From positions 1 to 11,098 of the forward strand of contig JAQGDQ010001870.1 in the NCBI GenBank assembly GCA_030141605.1: a DNA stretch of 11,098 bases, read 5' to 3'. A program made the translations under genes and the position numbers. Source of the DNA: Tubiluchus corallicola (lineage: Eukaryota; Animalia; Priapulida). The notes under the pieces are model-generated. The model was given only the letters and a program-made list of their open reading frames with translations, did no database searches and was not told the origin of the DNA. Shown here piece by piece: positions 1 through 9,067 of this stretch. Each line of letters begins with the position of its first letter. Within the stretch, counting starts at the first letter, position 1.

Positions 1-1889
1 ATTGAATTACCGTTCAGTCTCTGATTATATCGATTTATATGTAGTTTTGATTAGGATTAATTCGATAAATCTATGAATTGTCCGTCGCTGCCAGTGTGTT
101 TTGTCTAGGGAAGGATTTGTTTGTAGAGCAGCCAGTTAAATGTAAATTTTGTCAGCCTGTTTGGCCTGCCTAGTAAGCTTATCACTCCGAGGTGTCATCT
201 CTTCATAAGATGAGCAAATTTTATAAGAGGAATACCCACAGCACTTTCAGGAACTAATCTCATCTTATCCAACACAAAACTACCATGTTATCATTTTGAA
301 AAAACAGACTAAAAAAATAATAAAGGCGTCACCTCTGCTCTTCACACCCTCTTGGGTATGTTTACCGATCGCCAGCCTTCCATATTTACCAGTAAAAAAG
401 CTATTTTTACCAAAATGGCTTTCAAAACGTCATTTTAGTGCCTTTTTCTGTCCGTTCACGCCTTTTTTGATTTGCAACCACACCTTTAACTAGAATTTGA
501 CTAAAATGTATTTATAATGGGTTAAAATAATGAAAGTCTTATATCTGCATTGTGGCTGTTAAAAGGTATTTTTTGTAATTGGTGAGCAGCAAACCAGAAT
601 AGCTTAGAATAAAAAATATGAATATGTTTTTAGTTATTTTTGCCATAAAAAGTGGATTTTTATTGCTACTCTACAAGTCTGCATGGTAGTTGTGTATGGC
701 TGCAACATTTACCGATGTTTTAGCGTTTTCCCTCGAGGTTCGTGTTTGCCAGAACAGGAAATTCTTCCTTTTCAGGAAGTTGCCTGTATAGCTGCATTAC
801 GTGTATTGTATTTTCAGCTAGATTTGCGAAGTTATAAACGGTGCAGACTGGATGCTGGCCAGACCCACATCAACCTCAGACAGTTTCCACACTTGTTTAC
901 AACGCTTGTTTACAACATTTAGACTGTAAATACATAAACCATAAAGCAGTGAGGTGGTGTGCGTGTTCACAAAATAGGTTGTTGCTAGTTCCAAAATCCC
1001 CTTTGCTTGTATATAAATGTTTCCTGTATTATATAAATATGAAAAGTGACGACCTACCCACCTGTGGAAACTCAAGAATTGTGGCCGTGTGCGGTATGGG
1101 AAAGAAAGAGGGTAAAGAGACAACATTTTGGTGAATGCAGAAGGGTTTGCGGTGTTTCTGTTTAGAGAACTGAGTACACTGGACAAAGATTTGTGTTATG
1201 ATTGCTAAATCTGGCTAATGGAGATTTTAATTGCAGGCTTCCAGACATTTTTGAAAGCATGGATTTTCTTCATACGCTACTTTTTAACATGTGTATGTTT
1301 TAACGTGCAGTCAAACGTGTGCATGTTTGTGTGATCTTGTTCAAAACTTGATTGTATCTGCAATGGTTCTTTGTGTTTTTTTTGGCTTCAGCAGGTCTGC
1401 CAGTGCACATCAAATTAGTCCAGTTGCAGATTATATCAAATGAGAATTTTCGTGTGTATCACGTCACGTTTCGTTCTTTATTTTGTAATTTCTTTTTAAG
1501 TGCTTTAAAATTTGAACATGTTTATCTTTTAACATCAACAAGGGTTCTTGCTTTCCTGCCTTTCTTTCATTAACGATACTGTACCGCGAATCTGTGCTTC
1601 GCCTGTAACAAAAGAGTCTGTGTATGAACTGTTTATTGAAAAAAGTGTGGCTTCGCTGCTCCCTTGTGTATAAAAGTTTTACTTGGCTTCTAAACTGATT
1701 AAATTTTGCTGCCCAGTTTCATAAACACAGTTTCAATGCTGTAGAGAATAGGGAAAATTTTCGGGGAGAATAAGAAAAATTCTCTCTGCAAACAACTTTA
1801 GAAGACATTAGGCGGAGGCGTACATAAATGTCTCTACGTGGCATATTAAAGTGCAATTTAGAGCTACATGGTAGATGCCTATAATAGAG

Positions 1890-2098
1890 TAATTCAGAGA
1901 TGCATGACAGATGGCATCTAACTGTGACTTTTTAATAGAAGTGTGTGACAGAGACCTCTAGGGGGCATGATAGAAACTTTTTAGAGCCATATAACAGGGA
2001 ACTCTAGGGGGCATGACGGAGACATTTAAGTGTATGAGACTTTTAGACGCATGTCACAAAGACATGCACAAAGGTGTATGAAAGAGACCTGTACAGGT
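1890..2098. repeat. Degenerate minisatellite, unit about 23 bp (consensus roughly GCATGACAGAGACCTCTAGGGG)
   Basis: CTCTAGGGGGCATGA occurs exactly at 1956-1970 and 2002-2016 (46 bp apart). Diverged GYATGAnAGAGAC-like variants recur through the region. Boundaries are approximate. Confidence 0.5.
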
Positions 2099-2355
2099 GG
2101 GAATCTGTGATATTTAAAAAGGTGGGAAACCGTGGGTTTACAAATTCAGATATGTAACCTAATGAGACCTAAAAGTAAACTTGTGTGTGCCATGCAGTTG
2201 AAAACACACTGCATGTAATTAGACATTGCTTACCAACAAATTTGATTTTCAGCTATACTTTTGTAATAAGTGACACACATCATGTGTATTGGATGACCAA
2301 AATTTACACATGTGCTTTTGAAAGGTTTCTGTTATTGTCATTGTCTTATCTCTAT

Positions 2356-2691
2356 GGTAAAGTAGTTAAACTTTTGGATGGTTAACATTCCCAGTGTGCA
2401 CCACTGACTCACATTCCCAGTGTGCACCACTGACTCACAAAAACATTTTTAATCTTATTGAAAAGGTAAAGTAGTTAAACTTTTGGATGGTTAATATTCC
2501 CAGTGTGCACTACTGACTCACAAAAAACATATTTTTAATCTTATTGAAAAGGTAAAGTAGTTAAACTTTTGGATGGTTAACATTCCCAGTGTGCACCACT
2601 GACTCACATTCCCAGTGTGCATCACTGACTCACAAAAAACATATTTTTAATCTTATTGAAAAGATAAAGTAGTTGAACTTTCGGATGGTTA
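2356..2691. repeat. Compound tandem repeat: 86-bp basic unit with a 26-bp internal module present in 1 or 2 copies
   Basis: Units start with GGTAAAGTAGTTAAACTTTTGGATGGTTA at 2356, 2465, 2551 and 2663 (partial, diverged), giving lengths of 109, 86 and 112 bp. The module ACATTCCCAGTGTGCACCACTGACTC is doubled in units 1 and 3. Confidence 0.95.
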
Positions 2692-2876
2692 GCAAAGCGT
2701 GCACTACGAATGTTCTGATTATTTTTTCAAACTTTATGCAATGTTATCGAAACTTGTTTCATACGAACTGCTATCAAAATGGCTGTACCTATCGCCTCGC
2801 TGGAGTTTAAATTTACACGTTTTGCACTGTGTTACTGCAAAAGCATGCCCTGTATGCAATAACATATTATGTATGC

Positions 2877-3143
2877 GATACAAAATTTCAAAACAAAGTT
2901 TTATACAACGTCGCTGCTAAAACAAGCGCTGTATACAATAAGATAGCTTGTAAGTGATACAAAATCTCAAGGCGAATTTACAAGTTTTACACAAGGTTGC
3001 TGCTAAAACAAGCGCTGTATACAATACGATAGCTTGTAAGTGATACAAAATCTCAAGGCGAATTTACAAGTTTTACACAAGGTTGCTGCTAAAACAAGCG
3101 CTGTATACAATACGATAGCTTGTAAGTGATACAAGGCGAATTT
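2877..3143. repeat. Tandem repeat, 86-bp unit, about 3 copies
   Basis: GATACAA unit starts at 2877 (diverged, 79 bp), 2956, 3042 and 3128 (partial). Units 2 and 3 appear identical, with core GCTGCTAAAACAAGCGCTGTATACAATACGATAGCTTGTAAGT. Confidence 0.95.
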
Positions 3144-3489
3144 TTTCAACTTTCTGTGGGTAAAGGCTTTTCTTGTGTTTTAAACAATTTCACCAAAGCT
3201 GGAGTTTGTATTTTACAGCCAAGCCAACCCATACTTTTATTGATTTATTGATTATCCATCATAAATTGTGCTTGAACAATTGTTTTGGAACAATTGTGCT
3301 CCCGCTAGAGATAATGTTGTGCAATTAGCCCTATTCATTCAATCTTACTGCTGTTACTTAGGCAACGAGGATTTTTGAGAAATCATGTTTTATGTCTTTG
3401 AATTCGTACTGTAGACGTATTTGTCTTCAGGCAACGTTTATGTGGAATAATTGCAACTTAAAATGGTGTCTAATTACTTGAATACATTT

Positions 3490-3625
3490 TTAAAGGAAAA
3501 CCGGGCGATTGTGTAAAAACGAGTTCAGAATAAAGAATGCTCTAAAATATTGAAAACTACAATAGCTTATTTTAAATCGAAGCTGAGATTAAATAGTAAT
3601 TACCTGGGATACTCAAATTTCGTTA
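3490..3625 (+). mobile_element. End of a dispersed repeat, probably a non-autonomous Kolobok-like DNA transposon
   Basis: Begins TTAA|AGGAAAACC. It is colinear over about 130 bp with 10963-11098 (shared TAAAGnATGCTCT, TATTGAAnACTACAA, TTAAATCGAAGCT, AGATTAAATA). A TTAA target followed by a purine-purine start is characteristic of Kolobok. The distal end was not identified. Confidence 0.55.
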
Positions 3626-3757
3626 AACTTTTAAAGCTACTCGCGGCTCAGTGAATCTACTAAGATTGGCAGCGACGCCTTTTTGTCACATTCGTATGGC
3701 CGACAAATAGAAGGCTGTATCATGATAATCATGATCATGAACTGCAGTGTTAGTTTC

Positions 3758-3785
3758 TGACGTCATATGACGTAGACGCCATTTT
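3758..3785. promoter_or_regulatory. CRE plus YY1-like motif cluster, possibly internal to the transposon
   Basis: TGACGTCA at 3758-3765, perfect 14-bp palindrome ACGTCATATGACGT at 3760-3773, and CGCCATTTT at 3777-3785. Motif matches only. Confidence 0.3.
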
Positions 3786-4070
3786 TCGTGACATCATGCG
3801 TTTAAACAGTACTGTAACACCTATGCAAACATGCCTGACGCGCAAGGGAAGACGCCTACCATTGAACAAACTGTGGTTACCTTCTGACGTAAGCAATAGC
3901 TGTATTCGTTAATTAAATTTCTAAGCTAATTATTCAAATATAATAAACAATTGCTAACTTTTATAGGCAAGAAAATGTATATTTATATTGGACAGTACAT
4001 ATTGTCTGTCACGTCTATACGTCTGAAGTATGTCAAAAGAATCGCTCTTTCTTCGGAATTCGTTCAATCG

Positions 4071-4767
4071 GAACAGCAACAATGACAACAATAATAGCAG
4101 CAAGAACAGCACAGACATTGTGATCACAAAAATGACAGTGACAACAACTGCAACTGTAATAACAGCCAAAAAAGCTGCAGTAAGAACAGGCGATGACAAA
4201 GAGAATGATGGTAACGACTATAAAGGTAAAAATAACAACAACAGCAGCAGCAGCAGCAGCAGGAGCAGCAGCAACAACAACAACAATAGCAGCAAGAATA
4301 GCACAGGCAGTAACAACAACAACAACAGCAACTCTAATCGCAGTAAAAAAGCTGCAAGTATGATAACGAGAATGATGATGATGATGATAATGACTATAAA
4401 GGTAGCGACAACAACAACAGCAACAGCAAAACAACAACAACATCAAGAACAGTAACAGCAACAGCAACATGGTGACAATAATGATGATAATGAGTATTGA
4501 GGTAAAAATAATAAGAACAACAACAACAGCAATGGCAACACCAGCAGCGACAACAATATCAACTAAAATAAGAACAACAACAGCAGCAACAACAACAACA
4601 GCAGCAAAAACAGTAACAGCAACAGCAACATGATGATAACAATGATGATAATGGCTATTAAGGTAAAATAATAAGAACCACAGCAACAGCAGCAACAACA
4701 GCAACTGCAGCAGCAATGGCAACACCAACAGCGACAACAACATCAACTAAAGTAAGAACAACAACAA
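4071..4767. repeat. Low-complexity mixed trinucleotide block (AAC/AGC/ATG) with higher-order duplications
   Basis: Runs of AAC, AGC and ATG/ATA. The anchor TAT(A/T)(A/G)AGGTA recurs near 4219, 4395, 4495 and 4657. The block 4448-4580 is repeated with expansions at about 4608-4765. Confidence 0.95.
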
Positions 4768-5792
4768 GCCAAAGGTTGATCTTAAGAAAGAACCATATTG
4801 AATCTCTTTTTTCTTCTTCTGTTTTAGTTTAGTTTATTCCGTAGTCAGAGTAGGTTTGTGGGAGTGAAAGGTTTAGTAATTGTCACCCAAACAATCGTGT
4901 CTGTTTTGTTTAATGTCGTCTAAAATTAGATTACTGAACTAGTGACACCATGAGATTTTTTCTATTCAGACATTCATTCATTATGTTCGCCTCTGCGTCT
5001 CTCCTGGAGACCAAATTGACGTCTAACATAATGTCGGTCATTTTCATTGACTGTCCAATCAGCGTGCAAGTTATTTCACACCCCTGCAGAGCTTAATTAA
5101 CGCAGGCACGTTCGGGACATTTTGCTACAGCTCTGTCTAACACTGTTATGAAAAATACTCAACTTTTCATTAGTTAGCGGGAGAAATATTGGCCTGTTCC
5201 TAGATTTTATTATTGTCAATTGAAATTGCAAGTGAATTGGTGGAAATATATAGTCTAGTTTCGTTTATAGGAAGAAATGTACAACGCTTACGTCTATGAG
5301 TTACTGATTAAACCGTTTGTAATCAAGAAAATACCCAGTTTAGTTTAGTTTATGGCTTTGCAAGGTAGATAAAAACAATTATTTGAATAACTTTAAATAA
5401 GGACAGAACAAAATATTTTCTTTTCTGGCCAGTTTTTATAAACCTCAACGAGATCTTCACAGTCAAAATTAATTCAAATGTGGTCGAAACTTATATTATA
5501 CATCAATGTAATATTAACTATTTTACTCTATTTCCCTGGTTATAATCAAGGTTAAAAGATGCTATTAGGACTTAAATGTAGTTCGGCCATTCAGTATAAG
5601 AGTCGTCTATAGAATGGAACGTCAAATTTACTCCATTTCTGTAGCCTGACAAACGGCAAAATACAAACACTTAATAAATCTTGCAGACGAGCACATGATC
5701 AATTAATATAGAAAAATACATCGCAGGCTTGATGTTCGTATGTTTAAAGGCAAGAAAGACTTCATATTTTTGTTGCTCATTTACTGTAAAGC

Positions 5793-7001
5793 AAATCTTA
5801 GTCCTGCTCTGTCATGCTGGGCTCCCTCTATTGTCATGGACATAGGTGGCGCTGTTGGATTGTGAGCTACAATGAGGAAATCTTAGTCTTGCTGTGTTAT
5901 GCTAGGCTCCCTCTATTGTCATGGGCGTAGGTGGCGCTGTTGGATTGTGAGCTACAATGAGGAAATCTTAGTCTTGCTGTGTTATGCTAGGCTCCCTCTA
6001 TTGTCATGGACATAGTGCTGTTGGATTGTGACTCAATGAAAATCTAGTCTTGCTGTGTTACTCCCTCTATTGTCATGGCGTAGGTGGCCTGTTGGATTGG
6101 CTAATAATCTTAGTCTTGCTTTTATTAGGCTCCCTCTATTGTCATGACATAGGTGGCCTGTTGGACTGTGAACTACAACGGGGAAATCTTAGTCTTGCTC
6201 TGTTATGCTACTCCCTCTGTCATAGATAGTGCGCTGTTGGATTGTGAGCTACAAGGAGGAAATCTTAGTCTTGCTCTGTTATGCTAGGCTCCCTCTATTG
6301 TCATGGACATAGGTGGCGCTGTTGGACTGTGAACTACAACGGGGAAATCTTAGTCTTGCTCTGTTATGCTAGGCTCCCTCTATTGTCATAGGCATAAGTG
6401 GCGCTGTTGGACTGTGAGCCACAAGGAGGAAATCTTAGTCTTGCTCTGTTATGCTAGGCTCCCTCTATTGTCATGGACATAGGTGGCGTTGTTGGATTGT
6501 GAGCCACAAGGAGGAAATCTTAGTCTTGCTCTGTTATGCTAGGCTCCCTCTATTGTCATGGACATAGGTGGCGTTGTTGGATTGTGAGCCACAAGGAGGA
6601 AATCTTAGTCTTGCTCTGTTATGCTAGGCTCCCTCTATTGTCATGGACATAGGTGGCGTTGTTGGATTTACACAAGGAGAAATCTTAGTCCGTTATCCAA
6701 AAAAACACAAAAACACACACCCCACAACAACACCAACCCGCTGGCTCCCTCTATTGTCATGGACATAGGTGGCGTTGTTGGATTGTGAGCCACAAGGAGG
6801 AAATCTTAGTCTTGCTCTGTTATGCTAGGCTCCCTCTATTGTCATGGACATAGGTGGCGTTGTTGGATTGTGAGCCACAAGGAGGAAATCTTAGTCTTGC
6901 TCTGTTATGCTAGGCTCCCTCTATTGTCATGGACATAGGTGGCGTTGTTGGATTGTGAGTTACAAGAAAAAAATGTCAGGACTGCTCTGTTATGCTAGGC
7001 T
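5793..7001. repeat. Tandem satellite-like array, 85-bp unit, about 14 copies plus a partial copy
   Basis: Unit AAATCTTAGTCTTGCTCTGTTATGCTAGGCTCCCTCTATTGTCATGGACATAGGTGGCGYTGTTGGATTGTGAGCYACAAGGAGG starts at 5793, 5878, 5963, about 6040, about 6106, 6184, 6260, 6345, 6430, 6515, 6600, 6680, 6801, 6886 and 6971 (partial). Confidence 0.97.
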
Positions 7002-7075
7002 GGCAGCTTAGGTGGTAGAGCGTGGTGGTACTAATCCCAGGTCTCGAGTTCAAATCCCAACTAATCCACATTTTT
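6997..7075 (+). pseudogene. tRNA-derived sequence (tRNA pseudogene or SINE-type Pol III head)
   Basis: A-box-like CAGCTTAGGTGG at 7004-7015 with D-stem GCTT/GAGC. Anticodon-like arm TGGTG-GTACTAA-TCCCA at 7023-7039. Short variable loop GGTC. B-box GAGTTCAAATCC at 7046-7057. TTTTT at 7071-7075. Mismatches in the acceptor, anticodon and T stems argue against a functional tRNA. Confidence 0.7.
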
Positions 7076-7216
7076 CAGTGTCTCCTTTCTCCAACTCATT
7101 AGCCGCAATGGTTTATAAAAACTCTACCAATCACGGTCATAATTCATTAATGATAAAATTTTCACTTGCCCTGGCATTTATGTGTGCGTAATGCAACGAC
7201 AGAGTTGGTCCATACC

Positions 7217-7340
7217 CAGGGCCTATTTCAGAGGGGGGAAGTGGGGATACTTCCCCGGGGCCTCGACCTCCAGGGGGGCCTCGCGCCAAGGTAACTTTTT
7301 TTTTCTTTATCCGAACATACTGCCTCTTCTCTCCCTCCCC

Positions 7341-7387
<47 letters not shown>

Positions 7388-7508
7388 CTCTTCTTTCTCT
7401 CTCTCTCTCTCCCTCTCTCCCTCTCTCTCTCTCTCTCTGTCTCCCTCCCCCTCTCTCTCTCTGTCTCTCTCTCTCTCTGTCTGTCTGTCTCTCTCTTTTT
7501 CTCTCTTT

Positions 7509-7553
<45 letters not shown>

Positions 7554-7817
7554 TCTCTCTCCCCCCTCTCTCTCTCTCTTGCCGCACGTGCGCCGTTTGC
7601 CAGTAATAACAAGTATTAAGGACTGGTCTTGAGAATAAAACAGTTTTTCTTTCAATTGTTCTTTCCTTTAAGAACTGTATAACTCCATATTTTCTTTTCG
7701 AAAATGCTTCTAGCAGTTCAAAAATTTTCTGGGCGCCAACCGCTTCCCCACCCCCCCCCCGAGGGGGCCTCACACGCCCCACTTCCCCGGGCCTAGCTTA
7801 GGCTGAAATAGGCCCTG
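7217..7817. mobile_element. Complete non-autonomous hAT-superfamily MITE (601 bp)
   Basis: Perfect 15-bp TIRs CAGGGCCTATTTCAG (7217-7231) and CTGAAATAGGCCCTG (7803-7817). Perfect 8-bp TSD TCCATACC at 7209-7216 and 7818-7825. Subterminal motifs ACTTCCCCGGG(G)CCT and AGGGGG(G)CCTC occur near both ends. An 8-bp TSD with CAGGG termini is typical of hAT. Confidence 0.93.
7323..7580. repeat. Imperfect (CT)n/(GA)n microsatellite inside the hAT MITE
   Basis: About 250 nt that are almost purely pyrimidine on the + strand. It accounts for the ER- and SL-repeat pseudo-ORFs. Confidence 0.97.
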
Positions 7818-8144
7818 TCCATACCATCACCACAAACACTTCGTGGCTTGTGTTAACTACAATGTATGATCCATTCACTATAATGGCTATTGATATCAGA
7901 TACCCGAAAACACTTTTAACATCTCTGACCTGATCGACCGAACCTGGACGTTCAATCAATGACAGAAATCTACGAGATTCGATGGGAGAGATTGCTAGGT
8001 CGGCTGATTGTCTCTCGACCTCATCACACAGGTGTCTCTGTTCACTGGCTTCATTCAATTAACTGCCTTTGTTCTAGTTTAACCCTCAACATTCCCGTTT
8101 GAGTCATCGAGGAATATAAAATGCTTTCAGATGCCAAGTCTTAA

Positions 8145-8720
8145 AGCAAAACAGGAAGATTATCCTACCCCATTTTGAAGTATGGTAAAATGTACAAATT
8201 TTAACACATATAGTAATGCCAAAGCTTTTCTGATGATTAAACAACAGTTTAAAAACTTAATCAAAGGCCGACGAGCCCAGCTAGTGATGACGTCACAAAT
8301 GAACATAATTTTCAACAGCAAAAACATTCCGTGACCGTGTTGCACGTGTTGTGAAAGAGAAAATTGAAGTACAGTGCTACTGTAAAATGTTCAGTGTGTT
8401 GTACTACAACTAGGCAAGTTTTAAGATAAAATTCAAATTTCAAATTTACCGCTGTGATCACACATGAGCTGTCGAGCGTGTGTAGTTTGTCACAATCTAA
8501 TACATCTGATTTGAGAGGTACAGCACTTGTTTTTTGTGCATTGCGTTTCCAAAATGCAGGCGGTAGTGCCCGTCTGACTAACGAATGGGGATATGCATGT
8601 AACAGTGAAGAACTAGTGGCGTGAACGTGAAATTGTGTTTGTGTGATCAAAAATAGTGTTCCTTTCAATATTTTAAAGAGTTTTTTTGATCTGCAGTTTA
8701 GGATTGGATCTGATTTTCCT
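8145..8720 (-). mobile_element. Candidate TTAA-flanked Kolobok-like non-autonomous element (576 bp)
   Basis: TTAA at 8141-8144 and 8721-8724. The right end read on the minus strand (AGGAAAATCAGAT...TAAAATATTGAAA) resembles the ends at 3494 and 10967. The left end AGCAAAACAGGAAGATT matches 3494 at 13 of 17 positions. There is an internal TGACGTCA near 8288. The TIR match between the two ends is weak. Confidence 0.45.
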
Positions 8721-8764
8721 TTAATTAGCATGAAATGACGTGTGCTGTACGCACGCAATCCACA

Positions 8765-8779
8765 CCGGAAGTGACGTAA
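8765..8779 (+). promoter_or_regulatory. Overlapping ETS-CRE composite motif, candidate proximal promoter
   Basis: CCGGAAGTGACGTAA, against the known composite CCGGAAGTGACGTCA. A second half-CRE (TGACGT) lies near 8736, and CpGs are locally more frequent. Confidence 0.45.
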
Positions 8780-9067
8780 GGGCAGCGGTTCATTAGTGCT
8801 TGTTAAGAATAAGATTATTATACCTATGCGGAAAGCTGTCGGGTAATTAATGTTATTGGAAAAGGTAGCTAATTAATCGGCCCGTGTACTAATTAGGGAT
8901 ACCGTGTAGCTTGCAAAGTTTACCAGACTTCGGGCTTCCACGGTGAAAGCAGGTTCCGGAGCATAAATTTAGTCATGAAAGGTCATGAACTTAGTTTATT
9001 AACGTAGCAAGAACGTGGCTTCATTTGCGAGCCTATTGTAGTGAAGGGGCGACACAAGTATTTGCAT

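Noticed and set aside
205-268. 10-bp inverted repeat ATAAGATGAG / CTCATCTTAT
   Set aside because: It is short, has no TSD or further structure, and is plausible by chance.
296-1573. Short ORFs and candidate splice acceptors (TTTTCAG near 817, TTGCAG near 1236, TTCAG near 1391)
   Set aside because: There is no recognisable protein motif or consistent exon chain, and such sites are expected by chance in T-rich DNA.
3954-4746. ORFs of 81, 141 and 237 aa (poly-N/S/T/M and poly-L/V/C)
   Set aside because: They are products of AAC/AGC/ATG triplet repeats, with homopolymeric runs in several frames and no recognisable domain.
4893-4913. AATCGTGTCTGTTTTGTTTAA as the distal end of the 3494 element
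   Set aside because: It has only short, AT-rich similarity to the 8141 terminus and lacks the terminal CCT, so it cannot be distinguished from chance.
5793-7001. CRISPR-like appearance of the regular 85-bp array (also the arrays at 2356, 2877 and 9068)
   Set aside because: The whole unit repeats with no unique spacers, no cas genes are present, and the context is eukaryotic.
6997-7068. Functional tRNA-Ser(ACT) gene
   Set aside because: There are mismatches in the acceptor, anticodon and T stems, C at position 8, G at position 32, and no long variable arm as expected for tRNA-Ser.
7137-7782. Four overlapping ORFs of 101-184 aa (ER- and SL-repeat proteins)
   Set aside because: They are translations of the (CT)n microsatellite inside the hAT MITE, stop-free only because of composition.
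7798-8058. Minus-strand 86-aa ORF with a possible donor CAG|GTCAGA near 7930
   Set aside because: It starts at TTG, resembles no protein I recognise, has no clear acceptor, and ends inside the MITE. RNA-seq would be needed to support it.
8160-8758. Minus-strand ORFs of 61 and 148 aa as a possible transposase remnant
   Set aside because: No DDE, THAP or zinc-finger signature is recognisable, and the lengths are compatible with chance.
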